DNA from: Takakia lepidozioides
Lineage: Eukaryota > Plantae > Bryophyta
NCBI GenBank assembly: GCA_030704615.1
Contig: CM060733.1
Span: 48,236,001 to 48,300,000, forward strand
Length of the DNA stretch: 64,000 nucleotides
Direction: 5' to 3'
Both the position numbers and the translations under genes were made by a program. The notes below the pieces were generated by a model, which searched no databases, was not told the origin of the DNA, and saw only the letters and a program-made list of their open reading frames with translations. Of the stretch, positions 1-11,625 are shown piece after piece. Positions within the stretch are counted from its first letter, which is position 1. The number at the start of each line of letters is the position of its first letter.

Positions 1-860
1 GTACGACGTACCTATATGTGGAGAGGATGAGACTGCACAATGCTCTCCCTACGCCATGTGCTCAGTTGGTGCAGCAGTACCCTGATTTGTTGCTGGTGTC
101 TGCAGTTCGTGGATATCAGCATGCCTTGCCAGGAGACATTTCGTTGTTGGGGAGGATTTGAGCGGGTTTGGTTCCATTGATTGGTAGTGGCAGTTGGCCC
201 TGCCAAGGGCATTCCCTCAGTCGGCATGGCAATGGATTGCAGACTCGAGGTCGGTCTATTTTGGGAGATGGTCGGGTTTGCGCCACTTACAGTTTCATCA
301 AGCTGTATCTCTCCAGCATACATCTTGGAGAATGTGCCACTGATGGGCAATTCTCGGGCCAGGGATGCTAGTGTGGCACCAGTTTGGTCGTGGCTTGGGT
401 CAAGCAATGTTGCTGGATGCAGCTATAGTGGGTCTAGGCTCATCGTCCACGGCTATGGTGGACTAACTTGATGCCACCCGCACTGCTCAGGCGTGCATTT
501 GATTGTGTCGCGGCCAGCACACCTCACATTGGATAGCATTTTGGACACAGGGAGGCAGTCTCAGCATGTGAGACACGATGACCGTTCGCCTTGCAGTGGG
601 CAACAATGGGTCAACCACACGCACTACCTACACTGCTCAGCTTCCCAAGATCGCATGCTTTCCGGGAATGTGGAGCTTGGCCTCTGTGGGATGCTCAGTT
701 GCAGCAGTTAGTGGAGCCTAATGCCGACGAGCGAGACTGCTATGGGTTTTTCGCATTAGGACCACGCGGTGTCTTCTCTTTCTGAGGCATTACGTCGTCA
801 GGTTTTGGGGGCAAGCAATGGATATAAATTGCTTGACCTGGATTTATCAGCTTGGCTATG
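1..860 (+). pseudogene. DNMT3-like cytosine-5 DNA methyltransferase domain within pol of copy 1 (frameshifted)
   Basis: GWPCQGH (~192-211), YILENVP (~319-339), [10 protein letters not shown] (441-470) and RQVLGQAMD (~797-823); colinear with the domain at 55100-56045. Confidence 0.88.
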
Positions 861-1460
861 CTGAGCAACGTAGAGTGCGGAGTGCACTTCCCTTGACGGT
901 CTCTCTGCCTACCGAGATGGTACAATCAAGTGAGTGGGGGCGATCCAGTGAAGACCACGGGTGTAACATCCATGGCACACGTGGGAGGTGCTCGAGTTCA
1001 GAGGGAGTTTGCAGCCAAGCGTTGTGATGGATGAGGTTGGGATTCTTCTCGGGTTGAGAGGTCCTCAAGGATGAGATGATGGGGCAGGATGAGGCCTTGT
1101 CATTGACTAAGCAGGCAGGGAGTACTGCTCATGAGGTGGCGGCATAGCACCACGGGACGCGTCCTCTACCTCTAAGTCTATACTGGACTTAAGGTGCAGT
1201 TACGGAGGACAATTGGAGACCTGACTTGGACCCATTGTCACTGGAGGAGAAGAGACAACGTATCGCGGTTCATGAGGGCTACAGGAATTGCTTTGCCTTC
1301 ACTTTGAAGGTTTGGTGGGAGCATTGAAGGTCAGGAGATTCATATGAGTTGGCCACAAACACGCCAATCTTTCGGAGACCCTATAGATACAGTGACATGG
1401 AGAGGGCTTTGATTTAGATGAGGACTCAAGATCTCTGGGAGGCTGGTTTGGTGGAGCTCT

Positions 1461-4270
1461 TTGGTGGAGAGTAATGCTTCAGCCACGGTGATGCCAGCCA
1501 AGAAGGATGTCTATGGCAATTGGACGGAGAGACGTATGTGCGGTGATTATCGGCCTGTAATCGTCAGACCAAGTCCGATACGTATGCCATGCCCACACCG
1601 AAGGAGATCTTTGATGCCATTGGGCATGCCAAGGTCTTTAGCACTTTGGACTTGCGGTCCGGATATCACCAGTTGCCGATCAAGAAGGCGGACAAGCAGA
1701 AGACGACATTCTGGGGGATCAATGAGCACGGGAATGATTGCTTATATCAATGGCGATTCTTACCATTCGGGCTTAAGAACGCTCCTGCAGAGTTCCAGAG
1801 AGTCATGGACAGGATTCTAGCAGGGGTAGACTTTGCTCGTGCACATAGATGACATCATCATCTTTAGTGCTACGGTGGAGGAGCACGAGAGACACCTTCA
1901 GGTGGTGTTTGAGCGCTTGAGAGCGCACGGATTGAAATTACATCCGGGAAGTGCAAGTTCTTCCACAACCAGATTGAGTATCTGGGCCACATGATATATC
2001 CTGGAGGATTGGGGGTGCACCAGACTAAGGTAGAGGCCATCGCACAGATTCCATGTCCCACGGATGTGAGCCGAGTTCGAACTTTCATGGGGTTGGCAAA
2101 CTCCTATAGACGGTTTGTCAAGGGATTTAGTGTTATTGCAAAGGCTCTAACCAAGCTGACGAAGGTAGACCAGGAGTGGCAGTGGGAAGATGAGCAAGAG
2201 CGAGCTTTTCAGGAGCTCAAGGCGAGGTTGACCTCGGCGCTGATCTTGAGACGACCTATCAGGGGGCGTCCCTTTCAGGTGCATACAGATTGGAGCATGC
2301 TGGGGCTTGGAGCGGTTCTCACACATGTGATGAGGGAAGAGAGTTCGTAGTGGCTTATGCTAGCCGCTCGAACAACGCTGCAGAGTCTAAGTATAGCTCA
2401 TATGAGGGGGAGTGCTTAGCTGCAGTGTGGGCCGTGACACTCTTCAGGTGCTATCTATACGGCAATCTCTTCACCCTTATCATGGATCACCAGCAACTCA
2501 AGTGGTTGATGGAGTCAGACAAGCTTACGGGGAAGCTTGCACGGTGGGCACTTATACTCCAGGAGTATGACTTTCAGGTTGTGCATCGACCGGGTTTGGT
2601 CAATAGGGATGCGGATGGATTCAGTTGCAATCCATGCACGAGCCAGTAAGATGACACTGGAGCTCGGTGGCATGGTGAGACGGACGAGGAGATGGTGCCG
2701 GGATGGCATGCATCTGTCTTTTTGTGTATCTTGGCATCGGAAGGTCAGATTGGACCTACAACAGGGATGACTGTAGATGGAGTGTCTGAGGACCCTAAGG
2801 CTAGTGATGAGCCAGGCGGTGCCAGAGATATACATGAGGATTCAGTTGTGTTGGACTACCTCCGCACTGGAGACACGGCAGCTAGTGTGACTGCCAAGGA
2901 GAGGGATCGGATCCTGCAACGAGCCAAAAGGTTCAAGTGGGAGGGGATACACCTGCTTCGAGTGTGGGAGGATGGTCGGGTGAGGATCATGCCTCACCCA
3001 ACACAGCGTGCACGGTTAGTGCGGCATGCCCATGAGGAGTTGGGGCATTTTGGAGTGCGACGCACTCATAGTTTACTGCAGGGGCAGTATTGGGCGTGGT
3101 ATGCACACAGAGGTGCAACAGTTTGTGGCTAGGTGCATGGTGTGTGACAGGGTGCGTGCTTCATTCAACGCCCCTACACCACAGTTGCATCCATTACCCA
3201 TCATGGGATTGGGCTACAGGTGGAGTCTTGACTTCGCAGGGCTGTTGCCACTGACGATGCGCCACCACAGATATGTATTGATGATGGTGGAACACTTCTC
3301 CAAGTGGATTGAGTTGGTTCCATTGCCTGACAAGGCTAGTGAGGGGGCTGCGTATGCATTCCTGGATCGTGTGCTTAGCCGATTTGGTGCTCCAATTGAG
3401 GTACTCACGGACCAAGGGAGAGAGTTCTTGGGGGAGTTTCAGGCTTTGTATGATAAAGCCTTGATAGACCAGCGTACCACTTCTCGGGATCATCCTGAGA
3501 CCGATGGCTTGGCAGAGAGAGTGGTGCAGACGGTGAAGAGGGGTTTACACAAATATGGCTTGCAAAAGGGACACCTAGGAGATTGGGATCTTCAGCTACC
3601 TTGGTTAGCCATGGGCTACAGGTTCAGCAAGCAAGCATCACTTGCCTCCTTCTCACCATATTTCCTTCTCTTTGGCCGAGAGCCGGATTTGCATGCATCT
3701 ATTCGCAGGGAGGCTGCAGTAGTCCTCAACCTTGCTGATCCGGATGTGTGGACACAAGCATGTGCCCAGCGGGCAGAGTTGTTCAAGAGAGTCATGCCTA
3801 TGGCTTTTGAGAATCTTGCTATTGCCCAACACCGAGACACATTGAGGTATGTCACTATACGTGGAGGGGGATATCGGCCAGGTGTTCGGCGTTTCCACCC
3901 TGGGGACTATGTGTATCTGCAGCAGACAGCGCCTACAACCTTGGATGTCACAGCAGAACGTGTGATTCTAAGGGTCAGGGAGGTGTTACCTTCAGGAGTG
4001 TTGATTCTGGAGGGTCGAGATGGCATGGTATGGAAGGACCATGTGCGTAATTGTGCGCCATGTCACCTTCCACATGTGGATGTGAGGATAGATCCCAACC
4101 TTGCAGTGGTACCTGCAGGATTGCGTTGCATGCTATGTGGGCATGTTCGTGGTGCCGCCACTATGCTGGTGTGTGATCGATGCTCAAGAGGTTGATACAT
4201 GAGATGCTTGACACCACCTCTTGAGAGGGTTCCTGATAGAGATTGGTTATGTCCACACTGCTTGGGATAG
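1461..4270 (+). pseudogene. RT-RNase H-integrase-PHD region of pol, copy 1, with stops and frameshifts
   Basis: ORFs 1461-1820, 1589-1852, 1991-2350, 2290-2649, 2692-3132 and 3026-4195 carry consecutive Ty3 pol motifs; PHD CMLC..VCDRC..(W>stop)..C..WLCPHC ends at TAG 4268-4270. Confidence 0.93.
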
Positions 4271-4530
4271 TGGTAGTGGATATGACTAGTGGCAGCTCAC
4301 AAAACATGGGAGGCCAAGCTCATAGGAGTCAATACCCAAGATCTCAGGCTCAAGTTCACAGGTTGCAAGACGGCGACTAACGATGGGGCAACTCTTGTAC
4401 CCGGCCTCTTGATCTATCGAGTTTGAGTGTAGTAGGGACAGTGGTGGAGGATTTAATGAGGCTATGGCCACTATCACATCTTGTGGCTACCTGGACTTAG
4501 AGGAACCTAAGCGCCAGCTAGGGGGACGAT

Positions 4531-5430
4531 TGTGATGGACTAGTGGCTACACTAGTGGTGGCTAGTGGCAGCCTAGTGGTGGACTAGTGGCTGCACTAGT
4601 GGTGGCTAGTGGCAGCCTAGTGGTTGGACTAGTGGCTGCACTAGTGGTGGCTAGTGGCAGCCTAGTGGTGGACTAGTGGCTGCACTAGTGGTGACTAGTG
4701 GTTGTTTAGTGGCAGCCTAGTGGTGCACTAGTGGTGCACTAGTGATAGACCCTTGTTTGGTGTGCACATATGTTGTGTGGTTTTGGACAGCGATGTAGTT
4801 GTGTAGCGATATGTATGCGCACAACAGCTGTCAAGTTATTTTACCACTGGTGTGAAGTTAGCTAGGAAATAGCTAGCTTTTATATATTGACATTTGGGAT
4901 TGATCCAAGTATCAATCCAGGGGCCAATACATGTTTCAGCACCTGACGTTGTTATCTTCACGGCAGATCGCGGTGGGCTCATCTTTCTCGAGTTGAGCCT
5001 CACCACGTCTAGCTATGGCGCCGTAGTGTGGATTCCCCATGGCGTAGGATGCACTTGGCTCAACTTAATATATAAGTGATGTTTTCATGTGCAAGTGTGT
5101 GAGTTTGAGAGAGCTTGTATACTTGTATCATTCCTTTCCTTATCATTGTGATGGACTAATGGTAGCCTAGTGATGGACTAGTGGCTGCACTAGTGGTGGC
5201 TAGTAGCAGCCTAGTGGTTGGACTAGTGGCTGCACTAGTGGTGGCTAGTGGCAGCCTAGTGGTGGACTAGTGGCTGCATTAGTGGTGACTAGTGGTTGCA
5301 CTAGTGGTGACTAGTGGTTGTCTAGTGGCAGCCTAGTGGTGCACTAGTGATAGACTAGTGTTTGGTGTGCACATATGTTGTGTGGTTTGGACAGCGATGT
5401 AGTTGTGTAGCGATATGTATGCGCACGACA
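4531..5430 (+). repeat. Composite 3' terminus A1(4531-4826)-GC-B(4829-5145)-T-A2(5147-5430)
   Basis: A1 and A2 are direct repeats (TGTGATGGAC...GCAC(A/G)ACA) containing CTAGTGG arrays; B (317 bp, TGTCAAG...CTTATCA) matches 52047-52363 and 61651-61967. Confidence 0.93.
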
Positions 5431-6978
5431 GTAGCATTGAGATATCCCAAACCGCGGGGCCCCGCCCTGGTGCTTGGTACAGCTGGAAAGCCCTCGATGA
5501 GGAGGGGTGCACCCGTTTAGGTCTCATGATTTTTGGACTTGCGGTGTGGGAGATGTCGAATTTCAAGTACTTTTGGTCGGGGAAATTCGTGAAAAATAGC
5601 AAAGTGGGTCTTGGTTTGCTTAACTTGGAGTTTTGTAGTTTGATGATATATAGGTGATAGACAGGTGGAGCCCAAGTTCAAGAAAGTAGTTTTGTTTGAC
5701 CTCTCTAAACTGTTGAAGGGTAAATATCTTATACAGTGCAATTGTAACTGTAACTGTGAGACTTGAGAACCAAGACGAAGCTGATCATCAATATTGGGGC
5801 ACCAAGTTAACAGGAGATTTCATGTATGAATACATGCAAGCCCTGCCTTGTCTATGGAACTTGTCTCATGCCGTATTGTAACACCTGAAAAACTTTAGCG
5901 CAGGAATATAAGAATACATGTGACAAAGTCCCAAATTCCCCTCCATTCATCAACCACACTGCATGCACCAACTACAAGGTATGAACTACATCATGTTTAC
6001 ATATTTCATCTATAAATATGGATGGAATATGGTAACTACACATGTGTTGAATTAATTGGTTTTACCAACCCCTTTCAACAAAAAGCCTTTTTTTTTTTTT
6101 TTTTTTTAAAGAATGTACTAGAGTCCATAAACACTTTGCGTAATGTGAAAAAATTACACTTTGTTTGAGAGCGCATGTCCCGGTTATCACACGTGTGATC
6201 CCAGATCCTGCGGTTCTTCATAACCGAAACCGGAACTGTTCTGCTGGTTAACCTGGGCAGTCAGTAACCGCCCAAGGCTGGTTCACAGTTCAAACCCTGA
6301 TGGGATTACATTGGACTTGTGATCTTGGGTTCAAAGCTTGGATACTACATTGCAGGGTGCTCTATACTAAGAGGTCATGCTTTTTGGTCTTCCATATGTG
6401 ATTAGAAAACTAGTTCTTTTGATTAATGTAGTCCCTGCTTGAAAGGTAAACCTTTGGAGCCTAGTTCTTAGATTTACATCAATTGAATTCCAAAAATAAA
6501 TAAATAAAATTCCTTTCATTGTATGGTTGGAATTAAGATGTAATTTCCTGACTATTTATCCCGGGATGTTGAGTTGAAATCATTACTAGTCACCTTCTGA
6601 ATCTCAAAACTTTTTCAAATCTCAATTTTGTTGGACCCAAAACCCCATCTTATTGCACCTAACTGCCGCGTACATGTGACTTAGGGTCACATAAATCAAA
6701 GACAAGTCGACAAACGAATGAGAGTTAAGAGATAACGAATGAGAGACAAACGAATGAGAGTTAAGAGTGCAGCAAAGGACTTGGATTTGGCCGTTTGGTT
6801 GCACAAACCCTAACTATGAAGACCCGGGAGTCCTTACCCCGGACAAAAGAATCATTCAGAGAATAAAAACGGAGAGTTTGAAAAGTGTGGAGGGGGGTAC
6901 GGGGGGTAATTGATGCGGAGCAGATGCCTGCCCAATGCGAATCGCGAAAGGCCCGACATTTGTTTGCACGCGTGAAAA

Positions 6979-6996
6979 TGTCACATCGCAGTGACA
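6979..6996. promoter_or_regulatory. Inverted-repeat motif TGTCAC-N6-GTGACA upstream of KNOX copy 1
   Basis: Same motif at 30166-30183, 38026-38043 and 47392-47409, with a variant at 47352-47369; contains the TGACA TALE-homeodomain core on both strands. Confidence 0.5.
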
Positions 6997-8415
6997 AGCG
7001 CGGGACGCTTCGCAGCCTTCTTCCCGCCGCCTGCCTCTCGTCGCCATCCTTCTTTCTTGTGTGCAATCCGCAAAGCTCATCACCGCTGCTGTACTGGGGG
7101 CTCGCACATCTATCTCAATTTTCTGCTCAACCAGCGTTCTTTTGCCTTCCGGATTCTCTTTGCATGATATGCTTACAAAGGTTGGACATCCTTTTGCATC
7201 GATGACCTCATCAACTGCGTTCGACTATGCTGATCTCTCATTTCCCTCTCGTTTCCTTTTGTGAGCATAGATGTGGAGATCTCAAGCTTCGTAGTCTCAT
7301 TTCTCTAAGCTGATCTATTTTCTGTGGTGTTATTTCTCTTGGACCTAAATCATACAAAGCTGATCTCTCGTTTCGTCTTGTGAGCAGAGAAGTGGAAATC
7401 TCAGTCTCATTGCTCTAAGCTGCTCATCTATTGTGATTGACGTTTTTCTTGGATCTAAATCAAACTGCGTCAGGGATCAAACTGCAGCCGAACCTATTGC
7501 CGTAAGTATTACGTATTTGATTACTGAGGTCCACCTACAGATGCAGCTTTCCACAGACCTGCCCAGTATTGGTTGGTGGTCTTGCTGCAGTCATCGAATG
7601 CTATGGATTTAATATGATGTCGGGAATTTTCTGAAACTTTCCTTCTTACACCCATGATGCATCAGCTGATCTCTGTGGCTCTATGACCTTTCGTAGCTAT
7701 TCTTTCAAAGAGTGCATAAGATGTTTGCTACCTATAGAAGCTCCAACCTACAATGCTTATTGTTGCCGTAGTTTCACTTGTGTTTCACTTCTGTACCACC
7801 GTGGTCTTGCTTACCTACCTAAATAATGCCCATTGCATGTGGGACCAGCCACATTGACCATATTCACTTAGATCAGAGGTGGTTTCCAGATGGTTTCAGA
7901 GCAGGAGAAGCCTCTAACAGAGCATTCCTGTCGAATGGTGTATTGTTTCCTCTAGTGTTTGCAGGATCATACGTACGTGTCTCATCCTTTCAGAGGTACA
8001 TATATTCTACGCTCCAGTGAGCCTCTGGGATGTTCTAGTATTTGTGCAGAAGGGAAACTGTTCTGGAAGTAGATCTGAGCCAAAGAAGGGACGTGGGGGG
8101 GACATGCATGTGATTTATCAATACCAGAGGTTCCGAGTAAATGACAGTACTTACATATCTAATATAGCTCCCTAGAAAGCTCTTCTTGACTTACATTTGA
8201 ACCAGGATTATCTGTAAGATTCTGGATTTTGATTAATATTGGTTTTAGGTGTTCCCATCACAGCTTCAGACATTTCCTGAAGGGGAAGGATTTACATGAG
8301 GGTGCGGCAAACAGAGAACAAGTAAGGAGAGCTATTTCCAGATGGATTCAAGCATTTTTCCTAGAGTAATGTGTCATGCTCATATCCTATTGAAGTTTGG
8401 CCCTTGGAACTTAGA

Positions 8416-11400
8416 ATGGACTCAAGCCTCACGCAAATGCCAGACGAGTGGCCGAAATTTTCTGATATTGAAATTGGAATGCGAAAGCTGTGCAATGAAA
8501 GTAAAGGCAAAGAGAAGGTGACAGAGCCTCCTGGCGAGTCCAGTACTCCACCTTATAATGCGAAACAGATCGATGCACGTTGGCTGTCAACTCTGCAGGG
8601 TGCCATATTGGACCCTCCGATAATCCGAGGTGGGATTGGTGATAATCCAACAGTGTCTGCCTTCAGCAGGCCCCACCATGTTGCCACTGAGGTGGATCTC
8701 TGTCAGGATGGAGCAGGCAGAGAGCTGAACTTTATTGACCTAATGGACAGAGAGAATCATTCAAAGCAAAAGAGATACGAGCAGGTAGTGCTCACCACTA
8801 AAATCCTCTAAGTTGTGGTTTATAGTTCTGAAAAAGTAAAATAAGTACTCTACCGTATATTTCCTTGTCTTATGCTGCAGATCTAGTATTTCTAGTGCTC
8901 AGGTCACCATTCGAGTCTAATCGCTACTGAACTGGATTTCCCTCAGGCTAGAATGATTGCGGAGCAGCAGTTTTTCGGCTTTTTGGACACAACGAATGCA
9001 ACTCCGCAGAGATCGGACTGCCAGGTACCACGACTAACATGTTTTTCCATCCAGCTTGAGATGGTCATATCCTCTTTACAATTGTGCCCTAGATACGAAA
9101 GTGTGATAGCTGATACTGGCCAACGCTGTCTTCAATTCTCCAACGTTGTAGAGTTTCTTCCTGTTTTTCTGACCTTTCAGAAACCACCTCATTTCCCAGG
9201 CTATGTATTGGGGTACTACAATGTTGTATTGATCATTTTCCTGAAATGGATGCAATTTAAATTGATGCGACTGACGAGGACAATGAGCTTCGGCAAAAAG
9301 CGGAATGGGAAAGTGCAAGAGAAAAAGCAAAGATTGTGGCACACCCTTTATATGGAGACCTGATGGCCACCCATGTGGCTTGTCTTCGGGTTGGGACACC
9401 TATGGCTCTGATCCCATACCTTGACAAGCAGTTGGCGCAGGCTCAAGAAGCAACCAATAAGTACTGTGTTCTGTACCCTGATGAGTTTGATATCAGCCTA
9501 GAAGAGAAGGCTGAGCTTGATCGATTCATGGTAAGGAACCCCTGATAACTGGAAGATGGGATTGCAGTACCTAGATCAGTCACCAGGGTTCCATTTGTGT
9601 AAGAGTAGGCTTTAGTGAGTTACCTACTGGAAAGCTCAACGGTGATCTCTCTTTGAGAACTCCAAAGTCAATTGTATATGTATGTATGGCATGAACTATA
9701 TGATAGAGCCCACATCTCAAAGGGCCAGTACCAGGCTTAAGATTGTTTTGAGGTGGGGGTCATCTTTTCTCTGTGTGTATATGGCATAATATGGTACTCA
9801 TGATACCAACTCATAATATGATACTCAAGAGCTAAAAATTGATTCAGTTCTAGATATACATGTGTGACCTATTCCAGGTGTACAGAGCATCTGACTCTGT
9901 TCTTGGCCGAGCTGCTCTCTAAATGGACAACTTCATTTCAGATCCTTGCTTGTTAGCATACATTGACATCTGTCTTTATGCTGCAAATGGTGCAGCTCCA
10001 AGCTCAGTTCTTTTTTGAAGCACTTGTCGTTTGGATTTTGGATTTTGCAGGTCCACGACATTACCCTACTCACTGCCTACAAGGATCAACTGCAGCAACG
10101 TATTAACAGGGCTGTGAGTGAAGCTATGATGTTCTGCTGGAACACAGAGCAGGAACTCTACAAATTGGCTGGTAAGAAGAACTTGGGCTGTCCATGTGTG
10201 AGTTAGTACGTACTGCGAGAGAGGGTAGCCGTGCATTGGAGACATCGAGAAAATTTAGCTCATGCCATTGTGCTTCCTTTAGCTTAGCTAGACCGTATCT
10301 TACAGTATAATGGCGGAGCTGCATTCCTATGGCCTTATCCATAGTATTTTGGAAGTGCACTATGAACGTGAAACAGAGGTCCAAATATTATCCAGTTATC
10401 TGCCATTTTACTCAGCTGTCTTATTACAGCTGTCCTTGAAATTTTACTTAACCTTGGAAAACACTGCGTGAACTCCGCAGGAGCAGCCCCGGTTTATGGC
10501 ACAGGAGCTACCAGGTCTGATGAAGGTGAAGAATTCAAGTGCGTTTGCTATGCAGATGAGCCAAACTTGGATTACACTGGGGGTTTCGGGCCACTGCAAC
10601 CTACTGAGACAGACCGTACAAACCTGGAACGTGTACGTCCGGAACTCAAATTGGAGCTGAAGGAGGCAAGCACTCATGATTCTGCCTTCACTTGCTGACT
10701 GATAGAGCGCTCCTCATACTTGTCTGAACATTGCTTGTGCTGTAGGCCTGAATGCTAAAAAAGCCAAGCTACCTCCTACTTAACCTGCAGGATGAAGTCA
10801 GTTAGCTCGTGAGTATCATTCTATCACTGTCCATAACAGCTTTCAGCATGCAGTGTCTGTATACCAACAAGCTGCAGACTGCTCAATTTCGATGCTTTGA
10901 AGAATGTTAACTTATAAGCTGTGGAGCAAGCTGTGGGGTACCACGCTAAAGATTTACATCATGATGTTAGCTCGATGTTTTTTAAACGGTTACCTCTCTT
11001 GCCTGATTTCTGCAGCCATATATTATGGATTGTGTACATTAGTCAAAAATAACAGTACACATGCATAGAAGACTTGTGGGCCACTGGAAGTAATTGTAAT
11101 ACAAATTTCACATGTCATGTGCAGGCATACAGACAAAATATCTTTGCAATTCGAGAGGAGATATTGCGCACGGGACGGGTTGTGCCGGAAGCCTCCACGA
11201 AGGTATTGAAGGCCTGGTGGCGTGCGCACATCGAATGGCCTTATCCCACGGTAAACACGCACGTACCAACCAGAATATAATGAGCCAGCGAGTACATAGT
11301 TTAATGTAACTTTGTATTGCATTTGTATACGTTACCATCGACTTAGATCATCACAATATGAAAAACGAGTCATGGATTATTTGTATGTACCTGCTATAAT

Positions 11401-11625
11401 TGTTGTACGCCTGTATCTAAGCTGCAGGAGGACGAGAAGGAGAGGTTCAGCCGACAGACAGGGCTGCCACTGAAGTTTGTGAACAACTGGTTCATCAACC
11501 AGCGGAAACGAAACTGGCACGGTCATCATTTCCCGGCATCCTCTTCAGAATTGAAAAAAAAATGCAAGCTCAGCTGGTACGTGAGAGTACCCAAATTCTT
11601 TGATTCAAAACAGTTCTGGACCTAG
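8416..11625 (+). CDS. Class II KNOX homeobox protein, copy 1 (divergent, possibly impaired). Exons ~8416-8784, 8947-9024, ~9270-9530, 10051-10171, 10481-10665, 11125-11250, 11428-~11576/11625
   Basis: KNOX1 ([25 protein letters not shown]), KNOX2 (ELDRFM|..[13 protein letters not shown]), [17 protein letters not shown] (ELK), homeodomain WW..H..WPYPT|[17 protein letters not shown]; intron phases are consistent; start codon and last exon uncertain; exon-3 acceptor AG is missing. Confidence 0.85.

Larger units (their letters stand above)
1..5430 (+). mobile_element. Ty3/Gypsy retrotransposon copy 1 (DNMT- and PHD-bearing family); 5' part lies outside the window; degenerate
   Basis: Frameshifted pol in the order C5-MTase (1-860), RT (LDLRSGYHQL, LPFGLKNAP, ..IDDII at 1590-1990), RNase H (HTDWS, YEGECLA, NRDADG), integrase (HAHEELGH..C..C, WSLDFAG, VLTDQGREF, DGLAER) and PHD; PPT GCTAGGGGGACGAT ends at 4530; A-B-A terminus 4531-5430 ends in GACA. 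Confidence 0.95.

Noticed and set aside
4531-5430. CRISPR-like array in the CTAGTGG repeats
   Set aside because: No unique spacers, eukaryotic context and no cas genes; it is the retroelement A unit
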